Positions 1 to 10,998 of a stretch of 64,000 nt of DNA are shown here, piece after piece. The DNA lies in contig OY843751.1 in the NCBI GenBank assembly GCA_963693055.1, forward strand, positions 5,120,001 to 5,184,000, read 5' to 3'. Numbering within the stretch: the stretch's first letter is position 1; each line of letters starts with the position of its first letter. The position numbers and the translations under genes were made by a program. The notes beneath the pieces were generated by a model. It was not told the origin of the DNA. It ran no database searches and saw only the letters and a list, made by a program, of their open reading frames with translations. Source of the stretch: a bacterium. Its GTDB lineage: Bacteria; Zhuqueibacterota; Zhuqueibacteria; Residuimicrobiales; Krinioviventaceae.

Positions 1-254
1 CCAATTACAATAATCCCAGACACGAGGTTCGGGCTACCAACTAATTTTACGATCCGTGACAAAGGGTTACCGGTTTAAGAGGAGTACAGTCCGTTTATGG
101 ACTGTGTGTGGATCGCAGATCCACTCATATATTTTACGCCTGTGCTTCAATGCAACCGATATTCACCGGTTTCCAGGACGGATTGAGTAAAACTTTGGAC
201 CTTTCGGTTCGGCAAATTGCTTAAAAGCAATGAACTAAGCCCGGGATTTTTTTC

Positions 255-305
255 TCCGTCCCAAATTCCGATTTGGGACGGAACTATGGCGCAAAGCTCC
301 GCTTC
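255..305. repeat. REP-like palindromic element
   Basis: Hairpin tccgtcccaaat-tccg-atttgggacgga followed by gcaaagctccgcttc, in non-coding DNA. Confidence 0.45.
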
Positions 306-386
306 ACAATTCTCTGTAAAACAAACATTTACACAATGCACTAAATTCTCCGGGCACAGGTTGTATTATCCACCTGGAGTTTTTAA

Positions 387-1238
387 TCAATCACCCACAA
401 AAGTTGAGGGTAATGTTAATAATTTGTATTGAATCGTTTTTGCTAACCGGTAATTCCCTTTGGAATTCAAGTGCAAACGGTCCGTTTCACTGTTTCTAAA
501 ATACTGCGTGTGAGAATCGGACAATGGATACAAACCGCTCACGGAGTAAAGATCAATAATGGGTACCGCCCAGTGCAAGGCTGCTTCTTTGATAGTATTT
601 ACATAATCTTCAATGTACAATCCCTGATCGTTACAAAAATTTTCTTCGGGTTGAACATTGCGATCACTGAATTTGGCAAATCCACGATGCAGCGGAGTTA
701 AAATAACAACCTGCTGCTCCGGATAATGAGTCTTGAGAAAAGACATCACTTTGTTTATGCGTCCGCAAAACGTAGAATCACTATAAATCCGTGATCTGTA
801 TTTGCGGGTTACCGTTTGACCATTATGGTTGGTTTGTTTTGTAGTTTCGGTAAAAAATTCACCCATGGGGAGGCTGTGATTGTAATCATTCGTGCCGGCA
901 AAAATAAAAATAGCATCAACATCAGAGCCACGCTCATTCTTGAGCTTGACAGCCTGATCATAAATATCATCCCACTGGTGCCCGCTAATACCATAAACAA
1001 AGGGCTTAATACCCAGTAATTTTTCCAGGTACTCCCAATACACCGTAGAGCCATCGCCCGGTTTTTGTGTCATTGAATCGCCCAGGTAGGCAACACGTTT
1101 TCCATCCCACTGCGAGTTGAGGGTTTTCTCTGAATCTTTTATTACTTTTTCGGTTGCGGATCCATTCTGGCAAAAGCCATAGCTGGAAATCAGCAGAAAA
1201 ATCAATATAAATCTGGATATAACTTTATTAAACGTCAT
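387..1238 (-). CDS. SGNH/GDSL family hydrolase (secreted)
   Basis: Signal peptide; GDSMT block I, FAGTND block III, DRLHLN catalytic D-x-x-H. Confidence 0.9.
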   Translation of the reverse strand: MTFNKVISRFILIFLLISSYGFCQNGSATEKVIKDSEKTLNSQWDGKRVAYLGDSMTQKPGDGSTVYWEYLEKLLGIKPFVYGISGHQWDDIYDQAVKLKNERGSDVDAIFIFAGTNDYNHSLPMGEFFTETTKQTNHNGQTVTRKYRSRIYSDSTFCGRINKVMSFLKTHYPEQQVVILTPLHRGFAKFSDRNVQPEENFCNDQGLYIEDYVNTIKEAALHWAVPIIDLYSVSGLYPLSDSHTQYFRNSETDRLHLNSKGNYRLAKTIQYKLLTLPSTFVGD

Positions 1239-1512
1239 AAAGCGTTCCTTTCATCTGTTCAAGCGCAAATATAATATTAAAAAATTTAATAACATTTTTA
1301 CAGGATTTGAATCACCCGGGAACATTATTCTTTTTTTAATATATATACATTTTTGTATAAAGAATCAAGGGATTATTAAATTTGTTATTCTCTCCGCCCT
1401 GGCTGGTATGTTGTGTGAAAACTTGTTTCTATTTGAGTGCATCGCATTCATGCGCTTGACTGTGAGCATATACTTGCCCGACACCTCGGAGGTGCCGGGC
1501 AAACCAAAACCC

Positions 1513-2685
1513 TCAATCTCCCCTGCGTCTCTCTAACATCGCCCGGATTCCCGCCAGCGGCAACGCCGCACTGGCAAGATAATGCGGTAATTTGTGGGTG
1601 TCTCCAATGGTCCATTCGCAGGCGCCATAGGTTTTAAAATCCGTCACCATATCCACGACAGTCTGTTCGGCAAGGTCCCTATCCACAAGATCGAGTGTGT
1701 ACACAAACCAGCCTACGGGCGTGGCCCAATAGGCGCCGTTCTGATAGGTGTCGGGCTGGGTATGATAAACCGACTGCCAGTACATACCGCCCGGCAGATG
1801 GCGCAATTGTCCCCTGTACACAATCTCGTAATAATGCTGTTTAAAATATGAAGCAATTTTCAAGGCAGTTTCCGTATCCGCAACGCCAAGATACACAGCA
1901 AAGGCAGAGCCCCAGATATCGGGCTGCCTGCAGGAAAGCGTAGCAGCAGTGTACAATCCCGTTTCCTCATCCCAAAAGACGGCATGAATTTGCGAGATCG
2001 TCTCTTGCGCCTTTCGCTCCCAAACCACTTTTTCGGCAGGATTACCGGCGACCTCTGCCAGGTCCGCCATTTGCCGGCAGGCCTGTATGTACAACAGCGA
2101 GGCAAACAGTACGTCCCCCTGTTTCAATACCGTATCCGTAAATCCATAGGGACACCGGTCATGCCCTTCGGGACGGATGTGCACCAATCCGGTTTCTGGA
2201 TTCAGCGGCACCGCCTCCATCGTCCGGACCAGGTCCGCTATGACCTCGCGCACAAACAGCGAGTCACCGGTCTTTTTCCAGGTATGCCACACCACATCCA
2301 CGGTAAACTGCGAGCCGTCCGCAACCGGGTTCTCTCCCATACTCCCGAATCCCGGTTTGTATATGGGGGTACCGTCGAATTTGATGCAATCCACACCCGC
2401 ACCATCATCACGAATAGATTTTACAAACAACCGTGCCGCATCAAGCAGTTCCTTGTCCGAATACGCTTCTATGGCACCTTCCAGAGTATAGGCATAATCG
2501 CGCAGCCAGAACGCTTCGTATCCCAATCCCACCTGGGGAGGAAAAGCCGCGGTCCCGTCCTGCATGGTCCGTTCCGATTCACGAATGATCCGGTAAGCCT
2601 CTTTTTCCAGCCAGTTGACAGATGCCTGAAAATCCGCAGCAAATATATTAATCGCTAAAAATAAAAAGATAGTAATTCGATACAC
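1513..2685 (-). CDS. Six-hairpin glycosidase-like protein (secreted)
   Basis: FWLRD and YQNGAYW motifs; likely GTG start at 2685 behind an AGGAGG RBS, followed by a signal peptide (ORF track extends to 2778). Confidence 0.7.
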   Translation of the reverse strand: MYRITIFLFLAINIFAADFQASVNWLEKEAYRIIRESERTMQDGTAAFPPQVGLGYEAFWLRDYAYTLEGAIEAYSDKELLDAARLFVKSIRDDGAGVDCIKFDGTPIYKPGFGSMGENPVADGSQFTVDVVWHTWKKTGDSLFVREVIADLVRTMEAVPLNPETGLVHIRPEGHDRCPYGFTDTVLKQGDVLFASLLYIQACRQMADLAEVAGNPAEKVVWERKAQETISQIHAVFWDEETGLYTAATLSCRQPDIWGSAFAVYLGVADTETALKIASYFKQHYYEIVYRGQLRHLPGGMYWQSVYHTQPDTYQNGAYWATPVGWFVYTLDLVDRDLAEQTVVDMVTDFKTYGACEWTIGDTHKLPHYLASAALPLAGIRAMLERRRGD

Positions 2686-2735
2686 AAACCCCTCCTGTTT
2701 TCGGTCTTGTATATAAAAATATACGTATCCGCAGG

Positions 2736-3053
2736 CTATATCACAAACAATTTCACTGCCAGCGCTGCACCCAGCCATATCCCGGACAAAGTAACCGCCC
2801 AGTTAGCAATCCTGGCCCAATGCTCTGTCATCCATTTCCGCTGCAATACCAATCCAACAGACATGACATGAAACGGAACCGGTAGACTCAATATCAATGC
2901 AGACAATAGACCCAATTCAACTGTTACATGAGACACATCAAGCGTTCCCCGGGATGCCTGAAATAAAATTTTCATCAATAGTAAAAACCCCACAATCACC
3001 GTCAAAGACGCGGCAGTTCTATATATCTTTAGAGCAATATGATTATTCAACAT
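2736..3053 (-). CDS. Small membrane protein
   Basis: Three hydrophobic segments; GGAG RBS before ATG 3053. Confidence 0.6.
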   Translation of the reverse strand: MLNNHIALKIYRTAASLTVIVGFLLLMKILFQASRGTLDVSHVTVELGLLSALILSLPVPFHVMSVGLVLQRKWMTEHWARIANWAVTLSGIWLGAALAVKLFVI

Positions 3054-3344
3054 GAACCTGGCTCCATATATTCTCAATCCGCATCAGCATAAATCATCAC
3101 GGAAGTCATAGACAAAATGAATGTACAATGTAAGAAACCCAAGAACCAAAATAAAACAAAATGGACAACAGATCGATATGATACCACGAAATACTGCATT
3201 CTCTGAAAAATAATCTCTAAAAAAAGGTTAACAATGTATTGCATCCCTAACAATAAATACCTATAATAATTATATTTAGAAACAGCTTGGTATTGATTTT
3301 GCTATAAAAATCAAAAAAACCTAATTATATCTCCAGAGGCAAAA

Positions 3345-6158
3345 ATGAAAAAAATCTTTTCGCTACTTTTAATCCTTTTGATAATTTCAAATATAACCGG
3401 TGCAGCAGAACAAAACCATGTGTTCCATGTTCACGCAAATGGCGTAATCCAAACTGCTGATCAAACCTTTACAACCTGGCAAGACTATTATGCCTCTGAC
3501 TATTTCAAACAGACCGGCAAACGCTGTCTGGTAAAATCCGTTCCCGAACAATACCGCAGTAATGAAATTAATAGCCAATCGGACTGCTCCATGTTCAAGA
3601 CTGTCATTAAAGATGAATACTGGCCAACGGTCACCTGGATCATCCCTGTGGTTGTACATAACATCATGGACACTGACAGTACGGGTTTTCTTGACGATGA
3701 ACGCATACAAGCCCAGATTGATGTGCTGAACGAAGACTATGGCGCCATTGAAGGCACCATGGGAGAATTGGGATTCGACTCTAAAATCCGTTTTGAACTT
3801 ACTGAAATCACTCGCACCTATAAGGATGATTGGTTTAATGATGAAAACGAATACGAGTATAAAAAGGATCTTGCACGGGACACCGACCGGTTTTTAAATA
3901 TTTATACCAACTCTGCTGGTGGTTATTTGGGATATACTTATTTACCGCAGCAAGAAGCAGGAGTAGATTCAGTGGATGGTATAGTAGTGCTTTATGAAGC
4001 CTTTGGCGGCAGAGACCAGGGAGCTTGGCCCTATAACCAGGGACGCACACTGACACATGAAGTGGGGCATTATTTGGGTCTTTTACATACATTCAAAGGA
4101 TTTGACTGTTATAGCGGCTATACAGAAGGTGATCTTTTGGATGATACTTTTCCTCAAAAAGATGAATTGTTTGAATGTGTTGAAACAAACTCTTGCAACA
4201 GTCCGGACAATATTCACAATTACATGAATTATACCCCCGATCTCTGCATGTCCGAATTTACTGCCGAGCAGGCCAACCGCATGATCTGCGCCCTGCTATC
4301 TTATCGTCCTCAACTGGCAACCGTGGGAAATTACGCGCCGGTTATCACCTCTGTGCCGGATACGGTTGGACATGTTAACGAACCCTATCAATACACAGTC
4401 ACGGCTACCGATGAAGAAAACGACGCCATTACCTTTACTATTGAACAAGGCCCCGAAGGTATGGATCTTGATCCGCTAACCGGTGAGCTGACCTGGCTGC
4501 CCGGAGCTCTGGATGCGGGATTTTACACTATAACCATATTGGCTTCTGATGAAACCGGCTATGACAGCCAGACTTTTAATCTCTCTATTCTTCCCTCAGG
4601 TCTATCCATTGTAGCAGATTTTGTTGCAGATACAACCACAGGCAATATTCCTTTTGCAGTACAATTTCAAGACCGGTCTCTGGGTGAACTTACGCAATGG
4701 GCCTGGGATTTTGGAGATTCCTCGACATCCGACCTGCGTAATCCCGAGCATATTTATACGGTCCCCGGCATCTATACGGTAAAACTGCGGGTAACCGGCC
4801 CCTTTGGTGCGGATTCGCTCATCCAGGAAGATTATATTACCGTACTGGGTCAGGCCCCGGTTGCCGCATTCACATCCGAAGAGATCCTCAGCGACAAGCC
4901 CTTTCATGTTCAATTCACCGACCAATCCCAGGGAGAGATCACTTCGTGGTATTGGGATTTTGGCGACAGCTCGTTCAGCATCTTGCAAAATCCTTTGCAT
5001 GTCTATACACAACCGGGAGTATACTCGGTTGGATTGACAGTTACCGGTCCCACCGGTCAGGATTCTCTGTACAAAGAAAATTATATCGAAATTATGGGCC
5101 CCGGTGTGACAGCCAATTTTTCAGCCGAACCGCGTTCCGGCAGTGTCCCGCTGACCGTGCAATTTGCGGATTCATCAACCGGCAATGTTATTGCCTGGTA
5201 TTGGGATTTTGGGGACGAAACAACCAGCTCTGATCAAAATCCACAGCACCTCTATACAGACATTGGCAATTATACGGTTACATTAATCGCAATCGGTCAG
5301 ACTGAATTTGACACGCTGACAATAGAAAACTGCATCCGGGTGACCGAAGAAACTCCCACAGCCGCTTTCGCGGCTGATCCGCTTATTGGGCCCTGGCCCC
5401 TGACAGTACAATTCTCCGATTCATCAACCGGCATTGCCGATAGCTGGATCTGGGATTTTGGAGACAGTACCCTCAGTAGTCGTCATAATCCCGAGCATAC
5501 CTATGAACTGCCGGGCTTTTATACCGTCAGCCAGATTGTTACCGGTCCCGGTGGCGCAGATACATTGAGAAAAATAAATTATATACAGGTTTTGGAAAAA
5601 GCCCCGGTTGCCTGGTTTGGCGCGGGAGAAACCACAGGCATCATCCCCTTTACGGTACAGTTTAGTGATTCGTCTTACGGCATCATTACCTCATGGTACT
5701 GGGATTTTGGGGACAGTACCCACAGTGAGGAACAAAGTCCTGTTCACGAATACGCGCAAGTCGGTGATTATACGGTTGCGTTAACGGTCAACGGACCGGG
5801 AGGGGCAAACACAGCCACCCGTGAACTGTTTATCGAGGCACAGTTTCCACTAACAATCGATGATAGTGAGGCCATTCCCACAGAATTCAAACTACACCAG
5901 AATTACCCCAATCCTTTTAACGCGGGTACAACCGTCTCGTATCAACTGCCCAACAGTGAAGATGTTTGGCTGGGTATTTATGACATGAACGGCAAGCTGG
6001 TACGTGTTCTGGAGCACGGTAGTCGTAATCCGGGCCATTATCAGGTACAATGGAACGGCCTGGACAATAACGGCATTCCGGTTTCTTCGGGACTGTATAT
6101 GGTACAGATCCAGGCAGGCTCACACCGGGAATATGTCAAAGCATTGATGCTGAAATAA
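3345..6158 (+). CDS. M43 (pappalysin-like) zinc metalloprotease with Ig-like domain, five PKD repeats and FlgD/T9SS-type C-terminal domain
   Basis: HEVGHYLGLLH zinc motif, NYMNY Met-turn, five WxWDFGD PKD repeats, NYPNPFN C-terminal domain, signal peptide. Confidence 0.92.
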   Translation: MKKIFSLLLILLIISNITGAAEQNHVFHVHANGVIQTADQTFTTWQDYYASDYFKQTGKRCLVKSVPEQYRSNEINSQSDCSMFKTVIKDEYWPTVTWIIPVVVHNIMDTDSTGFLDDERIQAQIDVLNEDYGAIEGTMGELGFDSKIRFELTEITRTYKDDWFNDENEYEYKKDLARDTDRFLNIYTNSAGGYLGYTYLPQQEAGVDSVDGIVVLYEAFGGRDQGAWPYNQGRTLTHEVGHYLGLLHTFKGFDCYSGYTEGDLLDDTFPQKDELFECVETNSCNSPDNIHNYMNYTPDLCMSEFTAEQANRMICALLSYRPQLATVGNYAPVITSVPDTVGHVNEPYQYTVTATDEENDAITFTIEQGPEGMDLDPLTGELTWLPGALDAGFYTITILASDETGYDSQTFNLSILPSGLSIVADFVADTTTGNIPFAVQFQDRSLGELTQWAWDFGDSSTSDLRNPEHIYTVPGIYTVKLRVTGPFGADSLIQEDYITVLGQAPVAAFTSEEILSDKPFHVQFTDQSQGEITSWYWDFGDSSFSILQNPLHVYTQPGVYSVGLTVTGPTGQDSLYKENYIEIMGPGVTANFSAEPRSGSVPLTVQFADSSTGNVIAWYWDFGDETTSSDQNPQHLYTDIGNYTVTLIAIGQTEFDTLTIENCIRVTEETPTAAFAADPLIGPWPLTVQFSDSSTGIADSWIWDFGDSTLSSRHNPEHTYELPGFYTVSQIVTGPGGADTLRKINYIQVLEKAPVAWFGAGETTGIIPFTVQFSDSSYGIITSWYWDFGDSTHSEEQSPVHEYAQVGDYTVALTVNGPGGANTATRELFIEAQFPLTIDDSEAIPTEFKLHQNYPNPFNAGTTVSYQLPNSEDVWLGIYDMNGKLVRVLEHGSRNPGHYQVQWNGLDNNGIPVSSGLYMVQIQAGSHREYVKALMLK

Positions 6159-6166
6159 TTTCATAT

Positions 6167-6205
6167 ACAGGTTTCAGGTATTGCCTGAAACCTGTTTTTC
6201 TTTTT
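6167..6205 (+). terminator. Rho-independent terminator
   Basis: acaggtttcagg/cctgaaacctgt stem followed by a T-tract. Confidence 0.8.
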
Positions 6206-6542
6206 AACAGAATAAATACATATCTGCTTGTTGCCAAACTTTTATTTATATAAATTGCAATTCCTTCCCCTTAATAGAAATTTTAATTTATCCTCATCAT
6301 AACGCTGTCATTTAATTTGTGACAATTCGCTTCATGGGTGTCATTCGTGTTCAATTATTGCGATAGTATTCAAAATTCACCCACAGATTACAACATAATC
6401 CCCAATTCCTTGACATTGAATGAATATTCATTCACGTGCCATTGTTATGATATTCACAATAATTAAAATATTCAAGGGTGACTGCGGGGAGCTAATTATA
6501 TCACAAAAATAGATATTGATTATCTATACAAAGGAGTAACTC

Positions 6543-7523
6543 ATGCTAAAAAAGAAACTCGGAAATTCTGACCTGGTGGTTTCTCAGATCGGCTTGGGAA
6601 CCATGGGCATGTCTGAATTTTACGGAAAAGGTGATGATGCTGAATCCATTAAAGTCATACACAAGGCAATGGAAAAAGGTATCACTTTTTTTGACACTGC
6701 CGACATGTATGGATACGGTCATAACGAACAACTTTTAGGTAAAGCTTTAAATGGCAAATTTGATCAAATAGTACTGGCCACCAAGTTTGGTGTAAAACGC
6801 GGTCCCAACGGTGAATGGTTGGGATTATCAGGCAAGCCTGAATATGTCAAACAGGCCTGCGATGCCAGTTTGAAACGCCTGGGTACCGACACCATTGATC
6901 TCTATTACCTGCACCGCGTAGATCCTGAAACTCCTATTGAAGAAACGGTTGGTGCCATGGCAGAACTGGTGCAAGCAGGCAAGGTACGCTACCTGGGCCT
7001 CTCGGAAGTCAAGGGCGAGACATTGAAAAAAGCCAATGCGGTCCACCCCATTACCGCGGTCCAGTCCGAATATTCCATCTGGACCCGCGATCTGGAAGAC
7101 GCCAATCTGGATGCCTGCCGCGAGCTGGGTGTGTATACCGTAGCATACAGCCCGTTGGGACGCGGATTTTTGACCGGTAAATTTCAAACCAAAGAAGATA
7201 TGGCCAAGTTTGAGGCCCGTGGACTGGCGCCCCGTTTTGACGATGAAAATTTTGAGCACAATATGGGTATTGTAAGAAAAGTGGAAGAGATTGCCGCATC
7301 AAAAGGAGTAAAACCCTCACAGATTGCGCTGGCATGGGTACTTGCAAGAGGCGAGGACGTTGTACCTATACCCGGTACCAAGCGGGAAAAATATCTGCTC
7401 GAGAATATTGCTGCCGTGGATGTATCACTCACATCCGATGAAATAGCAGAATTGGACAAACTCTCAGATCTGGTACAAGGAACAAGATATCAGGCAGAAA
7501 GCATGAAAGCGACCCTGCGTTAA
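6543..7523 (+). CDS. Aldo/keto reductase
   Basis: [31 protein letters not shown] and PIPGT motifs. Confidence 0.95.
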   Translation: MLKKKLGNSDLVVSQIGLGTMGMSEFYGKGDDAESIKVIHKAMEKGITFFDTADMYGYGHNEQLLGKALNGKFDQIVLATKFGVKRGPNGEWLGLSGKPEYVKQACDASLKRLGTDTIDLYYLHRVDPETPIEETVGAMAELVQAGKVRYLGLSEVKGETLKKANAVHPITAVQSEYSIWTRDLEDANLDACRELGVYTVAYSPLGRGFLTGKFQTKEDMAKFEARGLAPRFDDENFEHNMGIVRKVEEIAASKGVKPSQIALAWVLARGEDVVPIPGTKREKYLLENIAAVDVSLTSDEIAELDKLSDLVQGTRYQAESMKATLR

Positions 7524-7535
7524 CCCCCTCAAACA

Positions 7536-7564
7536 AATCCCCGGTAACATGATTACCGGGGATT
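7536..7564. terminator. Bidirectional terminator
   Basis: aatccccggtaa/ttaccggggatt inverted repeat between convergent genes. Confidence 0.75.
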
Positions 7565-7572
7565 GTATTATT

Positions 7573-7908
7573 TTAATTGGGACGTATAACCTTGTCCGCA
7601 GTTGCCATAACCTGAACTGTCATATCCATGGTACCCACGCCGCCAATCAACAATTCATCACGACGTTTATGAAAATCCAGACAGGTACCGCAGGTTGCAA
7701 TCTGTGCGCCTTTGGCCTCAAGCGCCTTTAGGCTGTCAATCACTTCGCTGCCCTCGGTGGTTAAATTAATCCCTGAATTGACGCAACCAATCACATCAAT
7801 TTGCACATCCGATTTTGCCAACTCACTCAAAAACGATTTCATCAGTTTCTTGCCCAATTCAGGGTCCCCTTGTCCCATTTTATCAGAATTCAGATACAAA
7901 AAAGTCAT
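7573..7908 (-). CDS. DsrE-fold / YedF-like sulfurtransferase (selenium metabolism family)
   Basis: SDKMGQGDPELGKKLM, NSG and CGTCL motifs typical of the YedF C-terminal domain. Confidence 0.8.
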   Translation of the reverse strand: MTFLYLNSDKMGQGDPELGKKLMKSFLSELAKSDVQIDVIGCVNSGINLTTEGSEVIDSLKALEAKGAQIATCGTCLDFHKRRDELLIGGVGTMDMTVQVMATADKVIRPN

Positions 7909-8000
7909 ATTATCTCTCCAAATTTACGGTTTAGCATCTTAATTGTTAATCAAAAGCACCTTTTGTACGGCCTGGTGTTGTGTGGTTTAAGTTAAAAAAA

Positions 8001-8399
8001 TCACCTTTCAATCGCCAGTCTCAAAGTCAGTACAGCCATAATAATCGTTACGGGACTAAACACCCATTGTTCAACAAATGAATGAGATGCAAAATTGCCA
8101 ACAGTATTGAGCAGAAAATATACAAACAGCACCCAGACCGTAATGTCTACAATCCGTTTCAGGATCTTACCGGCCTTGATGTACCCTGCCTTTATTGCAA
8201 CAATGAGCATGAACAGCAGCATCACCACAAAGGCAATGCCTTCTAATAGAACTACACTGCTCCCTGATGCGTCCATCCGCCCGCCCCAGACAATGGAGGA
8301 CGGTACAATGCCCACCAGAATCAGCACATGCATCAGCTCAAACAATGCCATAATCGCCAACAAAATGTTGGCAGCGAGTTTAAAATCCAATTTTCTCAT
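8001..8399 (-). CDS. Four-TM membrane protein
   Basis: Hydrophobic helices, IVWGGR and NTVGNFAS motifs. Confidence 0.75.
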   Translation of the reverse strand: MRKLDFKLAANILLAIMALFELMHVLILVGIVPSSIVWGGRMDASGSSVVLLEGIAFVVMLLFMLIVAIKAGYIKAGKILKRIVDITVWVLFVYFLLNTVGNFASHSFVEQWVFSPVTIIMAVLTLRLAIER

Positions 8400-8431
8400 A
8401 AACATCTCCCCTTTTTATCAGGACCTTTCGG

Positions 8432-9517
8432 TTATGAATGGTCCAGCAGGTATTTTAATCCGATCTCACTCAAAAAACGCCCGGGGAAAATGCCGCTCAG
8501 CGCTATTACCCGCTCTTCCCGGTTTGCCGCACGCAGCCATTTACTCAGATCTGTAAAAGACGCACACGCGTTTCTCAATTTTGGATTATAGATAATCTTT
8601 TCGTCTTTATCGAAATAGAGATATTTATCGGATTTAAATTCTTTTAAAAACTTTTTTCTTTTCAACAAGGGACGATAATAATGCAACAGATGCAGTGTAT
8701 TGTGATGATCGAGGACCAGGTTGCCGCAATGAGAACAGCATGATCCTTCAATGCGCCAGAATTTCAACTCCTTGTTTTCGTACAGCTTTTCACAATGGCT
8801 GCAATGGGCATTAACGGTTTTGTCATTTTCCTGAAACAGTTCCTTGTCCAACACTTTTCTAAATGCAGAAAATCCCAAAGCGATTCTCAGCAAATACAAT
8901 TGCAGCAATATCAATCCAATAAACAGGGCATGAAACACAAACGGCGATGCCTGATGAAACAACACACCGTCATAAAATCCATGTGCCAGTGCGGCAATAA
9001 CAATGGATAAAACAATTCCGCCATAATTCTTGTGCACTTTTTTGTGGATATAAAAGGCTATACCCATGTAACCCGAGAATGAGATATGGCCCAGAACCGG
9101 ATAAATAGAACGCTGAAATAGAATCAAAAACGGACCGTCAAACTTGAACGCGTAAAAAATATTTTCTATGGTGGCAAATCCCAAAGCGATGGCAGTGATA
9201 TAGATTATACCGTCCACAATCTCGTTAAAGTCCCGGCCAATAAACCGGAACAGGATCACCAATGCCAGGTACTTGGATGCTTCTTCAATCAATCCTATTT
9301 TAAAAATAGCATCAGACCAGTTGTATTCCACATGTACAAACTCGTACAAAAACAGCGAAGTAAAGATAGAAATGAATCCGCCAAAAGCGGTCACTATCAT
9401 CAATTTTAACAGGGGTTCTTTTTCATAAATATCATAACTCCTGATCTTGAGCAGGTAAAGCAAGCCCACTACCGAAGCCAGAGCGATGATCAGTATGTCC
9501 TGAATGTTCATTCGCAA
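8432..9517 (-). CDS. PrsW family intramembrane glutamic protease with C-terminal Zn-ribbon
   Basis: EEASK, GFATIEN, H and HGFYD motifs; two CxxC pairs. Confidence 0.88.
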   Translation of the reverse strand: MRMNIQDILIIALASVVGLLYLLKIRSYDIYEKEPLLKLMIVTAFGGFISIFTSLFLYEFVHVEYNWSDAIFKIGLIEEASKYLALVILFRFIGRDFNEIVDGIIYITAIALGFATIENIFYAFKFDGPFLILFQRSIYPVLGHISFSGYMGIAFYIHKKVHKNYGGIVLSIVIAALAHGFYDGVLFHQASPFVFHALFIGLILLQLYLLRIALGFSAFRKVLDKELFQENDKTVNAHCSHCEKLYENKELKFWRIEGSCCSHCGNLVLDHHNTLHLLHYYRPLLKRKKFLKEFKSDKYLYFDKDEKIIYNPKLRNACASFTDLSKWLRAANREERVIALSGIFPGRFLSEIGLKYLLDHS

Positions 9518-9543
9518 TTCCCTTACTGGTGAATGTCATAAAA

Positions 9544-9735
9544 CTATTTTTTGTATATTATATATTCCACAATTAACAGAAAAAGAGGAAAGGTCAAACT
9601 TAATGCAATTTGTGTATCCATGCCGATAACAGCATCGCCTTTGATCTGGGACAAGGACCTAAACAGTAGAAATACAATAGCAGCCAGTGATAAACTTTGC
9701 AGGGAACCGAATATCCAGAATGCGCTAGATTTCAT
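9544..9735 (-). CDS. Small two-TM protein
   Basis: AGGAG RBS and hydrophobic sequence. Confidence 0.6.
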   Translation of the reverse strand: MKSSAFWIFGSLQSLSLAAIVFLLFRSLSQIKGDAVIGMDTQIALSLTFPLFLLIVEYIIYKK

Positions 9736-9778
9736 TAGAGACTCCTTTTGTTGAAATGAATGATCTGATTAAAACAGA

Positions 9779-9934
9779 TCAACGTACCAGGCGATACAAT
9801 ACAAACAATACAGTGAGTGATAACCACAAGTAGAATACCCTCAGCCAGTGAATTTTATTCCCCTTGCCGGACCGCAGCACCACATGCAGGGCACCCAGAA
9901 AAAACAGAATGATGATCAGAACATACGAAATCAT
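9779..9934 (-). CDS. 51-aa two-TM protein (below ORF-track cutoff)
   Basis: GGAG RBS; MISYVLIIILFFLGALHVVLRSGKGNKIHWLRVFYLWLSLTVLFVLYRLVR read by hand. Confidence 0.5.
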   Translation of the reverse strand: MISYVLIIILFFLGALHVVLRSGKGNKIHWLRVFYLWLSLTVLFVLYRLVR

Positions 9935-10071
9935 TGGCAATCTCCAACACCCAAACAGTCCCCATTATTGAATTAAAACAGCAAACCAAACATAGCGGAT
10001 TTAAATGAAAAAATCAAGATATTGCGGTAAACAGAGCAAAAAAGATTAGTGTAGTTGAGCCTTTTCAATTG

Positions 10072-10656
10072 TTAGTGGGATTGCGCAATATTCTCATCAT
10101 CAATATTGAAATATTGGGGAACACTGGAGGCCTTTAATGAATGTTTAAAAATTTTCAAATCCACGTCCGAGTTATCCAGCAATTCTACAACATAATACTC
10201 ACCGGGCACATAATATCTGAACAAAGATACTTTAATATCGGGAGCAGTTCGAATGGAGCTGATCCTGCTCCAGGGGATGAGCAGGGTCGGATGACTAAAC
10301 CTGAGCGGCAGCAACATTTTTAATATCATTCCCTGCTCGCTCGCGCCAATCTGTAAGCAACTGTTGTACCGCATGTTGTTGATTCGGGCACTGGCGATTT
10401 TGAACCGGATATCCTTTATTGCCGGTAATTGGCTTTTATCCAGAGCATAGCGTTTCGCAAGGCCTGCCCAGCCGCTTTGTCGGGAAACGATATATGTCGT
10501 CAACATGCCTATTGTGATAAAAACAACCGGTATGGCAAAAGGCCTTATTGCCCGATCAAGCGATACGGGGACATAACCGGTGAGCTCCAGCAATAAATAC
10601 ACAAAAATAATTATTGCCACTATGCGTAACAAAAATTTAATTCTACGAACCATCAC
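10072..10656 (-). CDS. Hypothetical membrane-anchored protein (paralog of 10999-11630)
   Basis: Two TM helices, SRQSGWxxLA and HPTLLIPWS motifs shared with the neighbour. Confidence 0.75.
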   Translation of the reverse strand: MMVRRIKFLLRIVAIIIFVYLLLELTGYVPVSLDRAIRPFAIPVVFITIGMLTTYIVSRQSGWAGLAKRYALDKSQLPAIKDIRFKIASARINNMRYNSCLQIGASEQGMILKMLLPLRFSHPTLLIPWSRISSIRTAPDIKVSLFRYYVPGEYYVVELLDNSDVDLKIFKHSLKASSVPQYFNIDDENIAQSH

Positions 10657-10719
10657 ATCCTCATTTTTTCCTGGTTCCGGGGCTCTTGGCCTATGTGAAA
10701 GCTAAAAAATTGTACTTTT

Positions 10720-10891
10720 TGGAGTGCAGCGCCTTTATGCGCTGCGTCGGGCCGGAGGTCCGATTTAGATTAGACTTTATTGTCCAATTATTTATACCAT
10801 AGTAACATGACAAGTTCAATATTATTATATAAATTTATTTTTATTATGGCCGTCTACGACGGCCCGCATTACATAAAGGTAATGCACTCCA
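10720..10891. repeat. Inverted doublet of REP-like hairpins
   Basis: tggagt-gcagcgc-ctttat-gcgctgc at 10720 and, on the minus strand, tggagt-gcattac-ctttat-gtaatgc ending at 10866. Confidence 0.65.
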
Positions 10892-10998
10892 CACCATTTT
10901 GACTTTTCTCAATCTCAACAAATTTTTTATTTTCAAAATTAAATCATTTTCATACAGTCTGTCAGCCCTGGAACCAACAAGAAACACAGACCTACTTT

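Noticed and set aside
1984-2658. Long antisense ORFs (e.g. 1984-2658, 18001-18606, 20895-21473, 52351-52911)
   Set aside because: Shadows of well-supported genes on the opposite strand, with no recognisable motifs.
4600-5850. Repeated tgggattttgg DNA motifs
   Set aside because: Explained by the five PKD domains of the protease.
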